Of a DNA stretch of 64,000 nucleotides, positions 43,942-55,969 are shown piece after piece. A program made the translations under genes and the position numbers. Within the stretch, counting starts at the first letter, position 1, and each line of letters starts with the position of its first letter. The stretch is from Trypanosoma brucei (taxonomy: Eukaryota): the NCBI GenBank assembly GCA_000002445.1, contig CH464491.1, forward strand, positions 608,001 to 672,000, in the 5' to 3' direction. The notes beneath the pieces were generated by a model, which worked only from the letters and a program-made list of their open reading frames with translations, had not been told where the DNA came from and made no database searches.

Positions 43942-45466
43942 TTGCATGTATGCATAAGATTGGAGTGGAGGACAATCAACTCGCTCCCCCCTCATCCTGT
44001 CGTAATTTTTCTCCATTTTCTTCTCCTTACCTGTTTGTGCAGTTGTATCTGGTCATGATTTTTTTCTTTCTCTCCTTCCCCCTTGTTTCTGTTGTTTCAT
44101 TCTGTGTTATTTACCTTCTGCGTTCTCTCTTTTAATTACACTCCAGAACTTGTGATCTTTTCGGCGTGTTATGTTTTGAGGAATCTCATGCACGCGGAGC
44201 GCACCTTCTTAAAATCACATGTGATAATTACTATTACAATTCTGTGGTAGCGGTTATCATTATAATAATAATAATTATTATTGCATGTGCCATCTGGTTT
44301 CAGAGAAGCTTTTAAAGGATATAAATATCCATTCAAGATGCAGCACAAGAGAACTTGTACACAAAGGTGTTAAGACATAGTCATTACATAGGGTAGCCAA
44401 GGTTCCATTCATTAGTTTACAATTTGCATTTTTAAAGGGATACAAGCGCATATTTGGTTTATTTTTGTTTTGTTTTTCACATTAGTTTCACATCTTCACA
44501 TATGTTCCGCTTTCTCTCCCGCCTCTTTTTCTTTCTTTTTCTTTCTTTCTTTTTGCATGCTCTTCTCTCTCCGTCATCTTCACCACTGAATGCTGATTTG
44601 TTATGCGGCTCGTAAGTCTCCCACCCGATTATTGGCTAACGTATAATTTGGAATTTTCACGAATACATGCACTCTTTAAATATGCTGATTTTTTTCTTTT
44701 AAAAAAAACAATAAGAAACAAATAAGTTATAAATAAATATATATATATATATTTATTTATTTATTTAATGTATTTACATATGTTTCGATGTATTTGTTCA
44801 CTTGTTTAAATTTTTTGTTTTTTTTTGTTGTTGTTGGAGGAGGAGGAGGAGGAGGGATGAAAGGGTGACGGATGTTACTTCACTGCGTTTGCCCTTAGGT
44901 CCGTTTTCATTTCAACAAAACAAAAACCTCCTCCCTTCCCTCCCTTCTGAAATGGAAAAAGAATTATGTGAGCGACGAACCAATGGAGGAATGGACGGCC
45001 ATACAAAAAAAAAAACAACACGCGCACAAAAAAAATAATAATAATAAATGGAACACACATGTACGAAGAAATTTAAACTATAACAAAGATACACAGACAC
45101 GAAAAAAAAAATAAATGAAAAAAATACAGAGATCATCAGTGCACACTGAGCGTGGGGGGTGGGGGTGCAAACGATGAATTACATTTAATTTGCACACCAT
45201 TCTCTGTGAGTCTTATGACTTCATGTCATGGCAGCGCCCCCTGAGCATATGGAAGTTTTTGTGTTTTACTTCTCGGAGCCGCTTCAACTGCGCTGGAGTG
45301 TTGTGCTGCTTTTACTGCTACTGCTTTTATAGCTTTTGCAGTATTTACTGTGGTGCTTAGCTCTTTTAGCGCCCCGGTCTAACACAATTCGCATATTCAC
45401 ACGTCAACATATTTCCTCTTTGGAGTACATAAACACATAAACACATACACGCATACACAAATATGC

Positions 45467-45493
45467 ATATATATATATATATATATATATATA
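45467..45493. repeat. (AT)n microsatellite
   Basis: atatatatatatatatatatatatata. Confidence 0.9.
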
Positions 45494-45798
45494 CGCAAGT
45501 ACTCGCATCCATACGCACAGATGCGTGCATGTATTCATGAATAAATGATTATGTGCATGTGCATATTTGGGCGTTTGTTTCCCTTTTTTTTCTCTCTTTC
45601 CACCCTCCTTCCAATCAACACCTCCTGTTTCTTACGGGAGGAGGGAACGGGTCGGAAGCGCTGTGGTTTAGCCGTTTATAATTCCTTCCTTTTTTCTTTC
45701 CCTCTTCTTTGCGCGTCAGCCAGTTGGGAAGAAATATAATGGAAGTGAAGAGTGAAACGGTAATGGAATGCGTATTTCTGCTTGCGTTTATTTATATT

Positions 45799-45800
<2 letters not shown>

Positions 45801-45830
<30 letters not shown>
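45801..45830. repeat. (TA)n microsatellite
   Basis: tatatatatatatatatatatatatatat. Confidence 0.9.
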
Positions 45831-45833
<3 letters not shown>

Positions 45834-47302
45834 GTATTTGTATGTGCTTGTGTGCGTTTATGCCTGGGGGGGGGGGCGCTGTGTTTGCTTTAATTTATAT
45901 TTAATCGCACTAATGAGACAACTCACCTCAGGAAAGCTTGTGCCAACTCTGTTACGTGTGGTAAGACACAACAAAAAAAAGTTTCGTTTCAATATCAAAG
46001 ATAATAAAATAAAATAAAATACAAAAAAAAAGAGAACGATGTAGTTGAAACAAAATCACCAAAAAAAAAATATGTCTGGTCGTTTGTGGGTTTGAGGCAA
46101 GTTATCTCGCTTCTCTCCTTTTCCTCTCTTTTTGGTTTGTCGTTCGCTTATTTCTTCCTTTCGAGAAGGATGGAGGAGAACATTCTTTCACTTAATTATC
46201 CCTCTTTATTTAATTCATTTGCTTCTTCTGTTGACATGGTGTGGTGCGGTGCTTGAGGATGCAACTAATTTATTTATTTATTTTTTAAGTGAGCCTCGCA
46301 CCGGCTGTAATAATGTGAAAAAAAAACACTTTCTCACACCAGTGCGCGCACGAAGAAGCTGAAGCAAACATTATCGCTTGCATTCGTCGGTCATTTTGTG
46401 TGGGTGAAAAGGATGACGGGTGAGAGAAGGGAAAAAAGAAAGGAAAAGAAAGAAGTAAAAGAAAAGAGAGGCGTGTGTGTGTGAGAAAAGGAGAGTTGAA
46501 GAAAGGAGGAGCGGGGAAAAGACATAACATAACAAGACAAAACAAAATAAAAACAAAACAGAAATGAGAATCCGGACGCGGTGACTTCAGAGATTCCGTC
46601 GGTCTATGATTTATTTTTCTCTTTGGGCGATCAGGCGACTGTTGCGTGTGTGGGAGCGCAAACGTATTGCCTCCTTCCAAGTGCAGTTACTCACGTTATT
46701 AGCGGTCGGTTGTTCTTCCCCCCCTTTTTTGGTACTTGTGGGGTTACAATAGAGTTGTTGCTTTCGAACGAAGGAAAGACATGCAAATCTTTTTCAAAAA
46801 AACAAAAGAGAGGAGGAAAATGATGAAATCAACAACATTCCAACAGTAAATGCATTTTAATGAAAATCGAAACCGATGCGTAGTGAAGCGAACTTTTTTT
46901 TTTGTTTTGCTTTATCTTCTTTTTATTTTTAGCTACTAACCAGCGGAGAAGGAACCTTCTTCACCCCTGAAGGTTTGGTTACTTTCTAGGCATCTTTTGT
47001 CCGACGCCCTTCCGAGGCCAATGAATCTACTGAATTGTATACATTTGTAATTATGTATCACCACTGAAGCGTAATCGGTGTGATTTTCTCTATTTTCCAT
47101 TCAACATCTGCTTCATCATATTTATTACATGCACTCTTTCTTTTTTTCTTTTTTTTCCATTGTGGTGTTTTTTTTTTTTCAACTCTTTACAAGCTCACAA
47201 AGAAATAGACGTCGAGACAGGCAGGCATAAGTATATATATATATATATATATTACCTTTTATTTTCTTTTAGTTGTACTCCTCATATTTAGCTTTGGTTG
47301 TG

Positions 47303-48010
47303 ATGTATGCTTCGCATAAAAAGGATATTAACCGCCACAAAAGTTTCCACCCACTGACGTTTCAAAACCTCAGCCGGGTGGAGCGTGGCCTCGAAAAGGA
47401 GGAAGAAAAGAAAAAAGCGAAGGAGCAACGCAATGCTGAACTTCTTCATGATCAGGAACAGCGTCGCTACGATGATCTCGTTATTTCCGCCTCCGGTGAT
47501 TCCATAGCCGCACGTGTTGCGAAGTTTAGACAAGTGGAAAATGTTTTTGCGGCAGAGGAGGATAAGCCCGCATTGCAGCCGGAGGCGGTTGCCGTGATGG
47601 GGCAGAAAACCAGTGCACTCACATTCCAAAAAGATCCATTGGAAGCGAAAAAATTAACGCAAAAACGTCAACGTGATGATGTTACCACGAAAAATGAGAA
47701 AGGCGGTAGCGAGGGGCAGAGTTTTGGCGGGGCTGGTAGAAAGGAAGAGGAGAGAAAAGTGAGTGGGAGTTTAGTGACGGGTTTCATAACAAAATCTGAT
47801 GCGGCTCAGTTGCGAAAAGAACTTGACAAACTTCAAAAAGAACGGCACGACCCCCTGCGGAGAGTTGAGCAGTTTCAGAATCGCACGGTTGCGGCTGAGG
47901 CCAAACGGCGGGCTCTTGAGGCACGTGCCGCATCAAACAATAGTCGCGGGGATTTGCAGAAAGATATCATACACAGTCGCCTGCAAGAACTGCTGGATAT
48001 GAAAAAGTGA
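47303..48010 (+). CDS. hypothetical charged coiled-coil protein (~235 aa)
   Basis: The track ORF starts at TTG 47273; the first ATG is at 47303 (MYASHKKD...). The sequence is lysine/glutamate-rich (EKEEEKKKAKEQRNAELLHDQEQRRYDDL, RKELDKLQKERHDPLRRVEQFQNRTVAAEAKRRALEARA). No domain recognised. Confidence 0.5.
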   Translation: MYASHKKDINRHKSFHPLTFQNLSRVERGLEKEEEKKKAKEQRNAELLHDQEQRRYDDLVISASGDSIAARVAKFRQVENVFAAEEDKPALQPEAVAVMGQKTSALTFQKDPLEAKKLTQKRQRDDVTTKNEKGGSEGQSFGGAGRKEEERKVSGSLVTGFITKSDAAQLRKELDKLQKERHDPLRRVEQFQNRTVAAEAKRRALEARAASNNSRGDLQKDIIHSRLQELLDMKK

Positions 48011-48608
48011 AGGGCACGAGGAGGGGGGGGGGGAAACGTGCAGTGGTAGTAGTCGTGTCATTTTTGGTAGTATCGATTAGGTTTCCGAGATGTATACATA
48101 TTTTCAGGTATGCACTCATATGTTGAAATGCCGCGTAAACCACATGTGCATTCCTTGCTGGAGCTTCAATATCTAGCGAAGGAGCTGTGTGGTATGGAGA
48201 CACATTTTGATTCCTTCACCACACACGTAGCGTGCTGCACAAAGTCGCCGGTGGTGTATGAGCTACGATTCCTTTCTCAGGGAAGTCGGACCATGAGACA
48301 CGAGTGGAGTTACTTATGATTTTGCTTGTATTTCCATTAGCCTCTAGTTTCCCACCTCTGTTTGGAATGTCAAAAACCAACTTCTGGTATGCTTTCCCCC
48401 CTCTCTTCCACACCTTCTCACGTGATCATTATCTTTCTTTATTTGCTCTCCCCCTTTTCTGTGCTCGCCAGAGGTTAAACTCTCTTTTAAGAAAGTGATC
48501 GGTTTTGTTTGTTGTTGTTTTCGAAGAAGGAAACAAAAAAAAAAAAAGAACGATCGGCGGTGGTATTGACGGTTGCACAGACAAAAAGGAAATAAAATAA
48601 ATAGCACC

Positions 48609-50483
48609 ATGCCAACCCTCGCTGTTGTGCGTGATTATCTCTTTGATTTTATCGGGAAAAGCTACACGGAGGACCAATTCGAAGACATATGCTTTCAATT
48701 TGGTGTGGAGCTCGATGATGTGACAAGTGAGCGCGAGATGTTCCGCCGTGAGCAAGGCGAAGCCGTTGCAGCCAAGGGAGAGGAGCTTTCTGATGCCGTC
48801 ATCTACAAGATTGATACACCAGCCAATCGCTACGACCTTCTTTGTGCTGAGGGAATGGGTACTGCGATGAAGGTATTTCTCGGCATGACCCCTGCGCCTC
48901 GGTTCCAATTACTCAACCGTGCAAATCCACTCTACAAAGTAACGGTGGAAAAGTCCGTGCGCAATGTACGGGATTACATTGTTTGTGCCGTGTTACGAAA
49001 CGTTCGTCTTGACAAGCGCAGCTACCGCAGTTTTATTGATTTTCAGGACAAACTCCACTTGGGTCTTGCACGACGCCGTGCGCTTGCTTCTGTTGGGACG
49101 CACGACTTGGATAAGATTAATCAGAATGAGTTCCTTTACGCCGCCCGGCCGAAGGAGAGCATACGGTTTGTTCCACTCAATCAACAGGAACGGGTGCTGG
49201 ATTGTCGGGGCAATGGCCTCGCAGAGTTTTATAAGGACGACCGACACATCTCTAAGTTTATTCCGCTTATCTCTGAATTCTCCCATTACCCCGTGGTGCT
49301 GGACGGCAAGGGTGAAAACATTCTCTCCCTTCCACCCATTATCAACTCGGACTACTCGTGCATCAGTGCAAACACCAGGAACATCTTTATCGAGTGCACT
49401 GCACCAGATCATCACAAGGCGAGTGTTTTAGTGAACCAACTCGTTTGCGCCTTCTCAACTTATTGCGAGAAGCCCTTTACCGTGGAGGCGGTGCGTGTTG
49501 TGTACGATGAACCCACTCCTGATGGCACGAAGGAGGAAGTGACTCCCAACTTGGATCCTCGACTAGTCTCCGTAGAGCAGTCGAAGGTTGAGAAACTCAT
49601 TGGCATTAAACTTAACTCAGCCAATCATATGGGTGAACTTCTGGAGCGTATGCTGCACCATGTAGCAAAGGTGGAGGACAGCACCGTAACAGTAGAAGTC
49701 CCTCCAACGCGACCTGATGTATTGGGACCAACGGACCTTATGGAAGATGTTGCGGTGGCCTACGGTTACGATAATATTACCCACAAAGAGTGCTTGACAT
49801 TTGGTGACGTGGCGCAGCAACCACTGAGTAAACTCTCGCATCTTATTCGTATCGAGATGGCTAACGCCGGTTATATGGAGCTCTTGACCTTTTCGCTTTG
49901 CTCCCGCGAGGAGGGATTTACTCGTCTAAATCGCGTGGATGATGATGTGGCCGTACATATCGCAAACCCCAAAACTATGGAGTTCCAAATATGCCGCCCC
50001 TCACTCATGCCGGGCATCCTAAAGACACTTAATGCCAATAAATCGCACCCACTTCCCCTTCGATTCTTTGAGTGCGCTGATATAGTTCTCTTGGATAATG
50101 AAAAGAACTTTCCTCCTGTCATCACCCCAAAACTAGAGTACCCCAACTGCGGGGCGCGCAATCAACGGCATCTTGCCGCCCTACATTGCTGTAGTGAGTC
50201 TAGCAGTTTTGAAGATATACACGGACTTGTGGAATTTGTCATGGCTAAACTTGGTGTTGTGCGGAAAGTGGGGGAAGAGGTTGTGGATGGTGATTCATAC
50301 ACGCTGGAGAGGAGCAGTGATGGTGCCTTCTTTCCTGGTCGTTGCATGGATGTTTTTCTGCACCGCAGTGGGCAGAAGGTGTGTATTGGAGGCTTTGGTG
50401 TTGTTCACCCGAACACGCTGAAGGCGTATGACATCCCCTTTCCATGCTCATACATGGAGCTGAATGTTCAGTTTGCCCAGTAG
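48609..50483 (+). CDS. FARSB: phenylalanyl-tRNA synthetase beta subunit (cytosolic PheRS beta)
   Basis: The track ORF starts at TTG 48573; the ATG at 48609 gives MPTLAVVRDYLFDFIGKSYTEDQFEDICFQFGVELDDVTSEREMFRREQG...YKIDTPANRYDLLCAEG. This is collinear with the N-terminus of eukaryotic FARSB as I remember it ([43 protein letters not shown]...YKIDVPANRYDLLC). A B5-like and a C-terminal catalytic-like region follow. Confidence 0.88.
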   Translation: MPTLAVVRDYLFDFIGKSYTEDQFEDICFQFGVELDDVTSEREMFRREQGEAVAAKGEELSDAVIYKIDTPANRYDLLCAEGMGTAMKVFLGMTPAPRFQLLNRANPLYKVTVEKSVRNVRDYIVCAVLRNVRLDKRSYRSFIDFQDKLHLGLARRRALASVGTHDLDKINQNEFLYAARPKESIRFVPLNQQERVLDCRGNGLAEFYKDDRHISKFIPLISEFSHYPVVLDGKGENILSLPPIINSDYSCISANTRNIFIECTAPDHHKASVLVNQLVCAFSTYCEKPFTVEAVRVVYDEPTPDGTKEEVTPNLDPRLVSVEQSKVEKLIGIKLNSANHMGELLERMLHHVAKVEDSTVTVEVPPTRPDVLGPTDLMEDVAVAYGYDNITHKECLTFGDVAQQPLSKLSHLIRIEMANAGYMELLTFSLCSREEGFTRLNRVDDDVAVHIANPKTMEFQICRPSLMPGILKTLNANKSHPLPLRFFECADIVLLDNEKNFPPVITPKLEYPNCGARNQRHLAALHCCSESSSFEDIHGLVEFVMAKLGVVRKVGEEVVDGDSYTLERSSDGAFFPGRCMDVFLHRSGQKVCIGGFGVVHPNTLKAYDIPFPCSYMELNVQFAQ

Positions 50484-51638
50484 ACGCGTGCGTGCGTAAT
50501 TCACTCGCGTTATGTTCGCTTCGGTTCCGACGAAATTTCTGTCAGTTTGTTTGGTTGATGGTGAGGTGAGAGGTGGGATGAGTGTACCGAATGGAAGGTA
50601 AATAAAGTAAATGAATGGAGCAGACCATGGAAAACTTTCTGAGCGGCATTGCATGCTTGTTGCTCATTTTCTCCCACTCACCAGTCGCATCACCGTTATT
50701 TCTCATTATCACTCGCGATTTTGTATGATTCTTATTAACATTTTTCTGCGGAAGCGCAGACCTTTTACATACTGTGAATGAGTCAGTAGGGATTTGCATT
50801 GCGAACTCGCATGGCGCGGAGATGAGAAATGAATCACATCTTAAATATATAATGGCGAAGGATTATTTGGATGAATTTCGTTCTTTAGGCGGAGTGGGGG
50901 AAGCTTATTTGTCGTTGAAGTAAGGAAGCGGTGACGGTGAATGAACCTCAGGGCAATACCAGAAACATTCATTAATGTCTTTTCATGCATTTGCATCCCT
51001 TCAAATTATCCTCCTCCCTGTCGTTATTTGAGATCCTTTATTTGACACACTGCGTGCCAATGGTGGCTGTAGATACATCCATCTCGTAGTGAGGAGAACG
51101 CGATATTTAAAAAACTCTTTCGACGTAGCTGCAAATGCAGCGAGTAGTCAGGTGAGTGAAACATGTGCGTGAAAGACAGCGAGAGGCTCCAGGAGGTTAA
51201 ACAAGACCAAAAAAGAAAGGAATAGAGAAGGAAGTTTAAAGGAAAATAAAACAATGTGGATAACGGAATTTAAGGCTGATTATAGTGGTGTCTGCACATG
51301 AGGATTAAGGGCGGAGGCAAAGCGTGGGACTTGTGTTTTTGCAATGTTCCACTCACCTCTTTCACTTACCTATCCATTTCTCTTTTTTCATTTTTATTTC
51401 TTAAGCAGAGGATATAAATGTGAGGCCCACTACCAAATCACTTCCAACCACCTAAACCGTATACGACACAGAAGTTCACAATTTGTGGTTGGCGCTTTGA
51501 TCTGAAAGAAGGCGATTTATTATTGCCGTGGGGTGTGAGGGAATCGAGAGAAAAGGAAAAGAAAAAGCAGGAAAAGGAGGAGGAGAAATAGAAGGAGAAG
51601 GAGGGAGGGATTGAGTCTCTCCTTTAAGTGTGTAAGAG

Positions 51639-51790
51639 ACTCTTCCCTCCCTTTTTTGATAACTATCACCGTATTATTCTCTGCTGCCTTTTGCTTTCAT
51701 ATTTAACGGTAAATGAATATTCCCCATTCTCTCCTCCGTCTTTGGATTCATTGTACTTTTTTTTAAAAAATTTCCCCCGCGACCGCGTGG
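51639..51790 (+). promoter_or_regulatory. polypyrimidine-rich region upstream of the CCCH-Mex67 gene (candidate splice-acceptor/polyadenylation coupling region)
   Basis: ctcttccctcccttttttgataactatcaccgtattattctctgctgccttttgctttcatatt ... ttttttttaaaaaatttcccccgcgaccg. Confidence 0.35.
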
Positions 51791-52344
51791 TGCACGCCCG
51801 TACGCAACCCATTACTGTTGTTGGTGCTGTAATTTACATACCTACATGTGGATAACCAACACACGTATACTCGTATATATATATACATACATACATACCA
51901 GCGGTAACGGCAACAACGTGTGAAATCGTTACATTGTTAACGGCGTGTGCGTAGCGGCAGACGCAGTGCAGGAAGAGAGAAGAAAAAAAGGGGGAAAGGA
52001 AAAGGAAAGAAAAGGAAAAGAAAAGAAAAAGCAGCCTCCATTTCGAATCGGTGGAGCAACCGAAGTGTGAGTGCTGAAACGCTTTGCTACGGGCAAAGTG
52101 GAAGAAGAGAAGGAAGACAGATATAAATTAAAAGAAAAAAAAGGGAAGACACGTGCGTACATTTGTATTGTGAGGAGGGGAGGTACAAAAGAATAAGAAA
52201 TATAATAATCGAAAGGAAATAAATTGAGGATCTAAAGACAAAGATCTACTCAAGAAATCTTCTCTAAAAGAAAAAAGAAGAATAGAGAAAAAAGGAAAAG
52301 AATCCAAGGCGTCAATTAATAATAAGGTGAGTTTAAAGGGTTAA

Positions 52345-54072
52345 ATGCCCAACCCATACAGGAAAAACAAGGATACATCGCGTATACCGTGTGTCTACTT
52401 TAAAAGAGGGTCATGCGCGAACAAGCACTGCCCATTTCTTCATGTGCGTGGCGGTGAAAAAGTCGGACACGAACCTGGGAAAGCACCAGGGGATGTGGGG
52501 ACAAACCTTCTTTGTACGATGTTGAAGTTGGTGTTTGAGAAACAGCAGCAGCGGGTGTATAACGCGGAAACAGGGGTCTTGAACCTGACGCAGTTTAAGG
52601 AAATTCCTGACCTCACGGATGTGGCGGGATCCATCAACTTTAACACACAGGCTTTCTGCCAGGCATTGTGTTCGACAATAAAGTCGCTTATTGTGCCTCC
52701 TCCATCAGCAATTCAACTGAAAGGCAATGGCATATTGTCGGTGTCACATCTAGCGATGCAGTTGGAAAAGGCAGACCTTCATCTGACGCTTCGTGCCATT
52801 TCATTAGAAGCCAACCTAATCAAGTCGGTTGAGTCATTGCAAGAGTTGAAGAAATTCACCAACTTGCGGGAGATTGTACTGAGAGACAATCCTATCGCAA
52901 ATCGGAGCGACTATCGGACAACTATTAAGAAATTGATGCCGTCGTTAATTGGTTTAGATGGAGAGTCCATATGTGTGCCCCCTTTAAGTTTACCGTGGCC
53001 TCAGTTCTCTCCGACGGGATACAGTGAGGCGCAGAAGCATGTGCTGCAGTTCATACAATGCGGGTTGTTAAACCCACTGGAAGGCGACGGTGCTTCCGGA
53101 GTTGCACACGGTGTAGACGCTGTTTCGGACTTGTACGCGGCAAATGCGGTTTTGACCCTCTCCCTCTCTTCGCCAGAAGTTGCTGTAAGCACGCCCATGC
53201 GCACGATGAACGGTGCGGCGGGTGTGCCGCAACAGCGGAACGTAATCAGGGATATTGTGAGTCTTCGGTTAAAACAAACTGAAAGTAATCACAACCTTCT
53301 GCACGGTGTAAAGTCGACTGTTGTTGCGCTTGGTCGGACGAAGGTGTGTTCTCAGATGGAGCACTGGTTGTACCCAAAGACCTTTAGGGTTCATCATTAC
53401 CTCCATAGCAGCGCTAGCACCGTCTTTCTTGACAATTCGTACCTCACAGGCCCGTCGCCCACAGCGATGAAAGTACCCGTGACAATAGTGACACTCCATG
53501 GCACCATGACGTGGAACAACACCGGTGTACCGGGTGATGCGACAACTATTGGCCCAATGACCATTCGGCGCAACTTCACTCGTGTGTTAAGTGTTACACA
53601 AGGGGATGCGGGACGCTGGCTAATCACTAATGACATGGTGTCGTTGTATTTGACGCCGAGTGGGTCATCTGCATCGTCGAAAAGTGGCAACGGAGTGCCT
53701 GAAACGACTCAACTGAGCGAGTGCCGCATTCTGCTCGACCCACGCAGCGACCGTAGCCGTGCGGAGGTACTCAGCCGAAAGAAGGACGTACCGGTAGAGG
53801 TGATTATGGCATTGTGTCAACACGTTGGTAACGATGCGGAGTTATTTACCGTGTTGGATGATATCCGCGGCGTGCCACTCAGTGCCTTTGAACACTGTGC
53901 CAACCTAGCAGGGGAGAATATCATGGAAAGCATTCAGATGTGTCGTTTAGTGAATCTTTTCGGGATGGCACCACAAAATGCATTGGAGATGCTTAGGCAC
54001 AATAACGGTAACTGGAGTGATACTGTTGCTGCGGTTGCTGCTACCGCGCCTGTGGCGGCAGTCCCGCAGTGA
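52345..54072 (+). CDS. MEX67: NXF/Mex67-family nuclear mRNA export factor with an N-terminal CCCH zinc finger
   Basis: An N-terminal C3H motif is present: CVYFKRGSCANKHCPFLH. It is followed by an LRR region (LNLTQFKEIPDLTDV, LRAISLEANLIKSVESLQELKKFTNLREIVLRDNPI), an NTF2-like middle domain and a C-terminal UBA-like tail. It is paralogous to the ORF at 41538. The kinetoplastid-specific CCCH on Mex67 is from memory. Confidence 0.8.
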   Translation: MPNPYRKNKDTSRIPCVYFKRGSCANKHCPFLHVRGGEKVGHEPGKAPGDVGTNLLCTMLKLVFEKQQQRVYNAETGVLNLTQFKEIPDLTDVAGSINFNTQAFCQALCSTIKSLIVPPPSAIQLKGNGILSVSHLAMQLEKADLHLTLRAISLEANLIKSVESLQELKKFTNLREIVLRDNPIANRSDYRTTIKKLMPSLIGLDGESICVPPLSLPWPQFSPTGYSEAQKHVLQFIQCGLLNPLEGDGASGVAHGVDAVSDLYAANAVLTLSLSSPEVAVSTPMRTMNGAAGVPQQRNVIRDIVSLRLKQTESNHNLLHGVKSTVVALGRTKVCSQMEHWLYPKTFRVHHYLHSSASTVFLDNSYLTGPSPTAMKVPVTIVTLHGTMTWNNTGVPGDATTIGPMTIRRNFTRVLSVTQGDAGRWLITNDMVSLYLTPSGSSASSKSGNGVPETTQLSECRILLDPRSDRSRAEVLSRKKDVPVEVIMALCQHVGNDAELFTVLDDIRGVPLSAFEHCANLAGENIMESIQMCRLVNLFGMAPQNALEMLRHNNGNWSDTVAAVAATAPVAAVPQ

Positions 54073-55969
54073 TTTTTGATTCTCTGTGGTATCTGGAGGT
54101 TTGCCGTTTCCGGAGCTTGTATTCAACTATTTATAATGGCGTTACAGCCACAACCATTTCTCTCTTCTCCATTTGTAGGTTTTACCTGGTGTGATCACCG
54201 CTGCTTGATCAGCAACCAAAAAAAAAAAAGAAAAAGAGCTGCGTTGATGTGTTCGCAACAACATCTTTAACAAGCCGTTTTTCCTCTTTGTTCAGCGCAT
54301 AAACAAAGGAATTCGGAGAAGGGAAGGAGGGAAATAAAGTTGTAACGTAGGATCGTGTAAGCAATGAAGTGCAGGAGGATGCGGTGGTGCGAGTGGAAGA
54401 GCGCTATGCATCATATTATAATAACATACGTGAGTTGGAGAGAAATGAAGGAATGGGAGTGTTGATACTGGGTGGTAGTGGTGATGCAAGAGGGGGAAAA
54501 AAAGGGATATGAGAAAACGGGTTGTGGCGCTAAATGTTCCTTTAAGTTGCGGTTGACCACTGAGCCAGACACCGTAGAGTGTTGCCATCTGTGCACTAAT
54601 AATGTGGCTGTATGGTGAAGTCCGTTGAACCGTGTGACGGTTTTCTTTCTTTTTGGCGTGGGTGGTGTTGTTATGCTTTTTTAAAAAAATTTCCTCCTCC
54701 CGTCTTTGAGGTGTGATATGGTGTGCCCAAGTCTAATGTGTTTGAGGGGCGGAAGGTACGTAAAGTAAATGTGCCTAACTGCACACGGAGAAGCGAAACG
54801 AAACCAAAATAAAAATACGATAGGAGGAACGAAAAAGAAAGGGGGAAAGAAGAAGAAGAGGAAAAAAAACATCAGATGATGACGTGGCCGCATTCCTTCC
54901 CTTTGTTTCCTACTATATACACAACGAGGGCTTCAATTACTGCGCGGTAGTTTGGATTACATTGGATTCTGCATCCCTCCATCTTAGCATGTTGGTGGAT
55001 GCACGGTTGTGTTTACACCAAAGCTACTTTTGTCTCTGGCACTGCTTCCTCCACTTCCTGAATTTTCTCATTTTGAGTTCCTGTTTACATTTGCACTAAC
55101 CTCCGTTTCTACACGAACGCAAGCAGTGACACTAGACAGATTGTGGTTTGCAGTCAATTAGTGCTTTTCTGACACGTACATTCTGTTGTGAATTTACGAA
55201 ATTTTTACAAGCGCTTCAGGGCGGTTGAGGTAACGACAGCGGGGTTTACAGCGGTGCGCCGCCAGAGGGAGGGGAAAGGGGGAAAAAAAAGGAAGAAAGG
55301 AAGGAAATGGGAAAGAGAAAAAGAAAAAGAAAGAAAATCAGCCAACAAAGGAACTGGCGACAGCGGCTTGTGTTCTAGTGACTTTTTTGACGTTTGTCGT
55401 TGTGAAGACACTTTATACGAAAAAAAAAAAACTGTGTCGTTATACGTAATCGAAAGGTACATCTACTTAGTTGCATAATGCCCACCACAATGTGTGATAT
55501 TATATCGTACTGTGTTGTACCATAACCTCATTACTCTTTCTCTATCCATTCGTATCGGCGAGGCCTCAAACCGTAAGAACCTCCGCCGAAAGGTAGTCCA
55601 CTTAGGGTTTATACAAAAAAAAATCTGTTGATAATAAGGACATCGCAGAATCAATAAACAGTTTTGTAAAGGACAAATTCAAGGATAAACTCAGGGGGTT
55701 CCCTGTGACTTCTTGTTTTCTCCCACAAGGTTTCAAGGAGGGTTGTATTTACCCTTTGTCGCGCCGAACTTGAGGGTCTCAGGTGCTCCGTGAAGACGCA
55801 GGTAGATACCCACAGGCATATATAAATATATACATATTACATATACGCATTTGTCTACACATCTGTACTTGTATACGTGGCTGTATATCCGCTCGGGGAG
55901 ATAACTAATTAGAGAAGAAAAAATATAAGTGAGGTACGATACCACATATAAAGAAAAAAGTTTCCCGCC

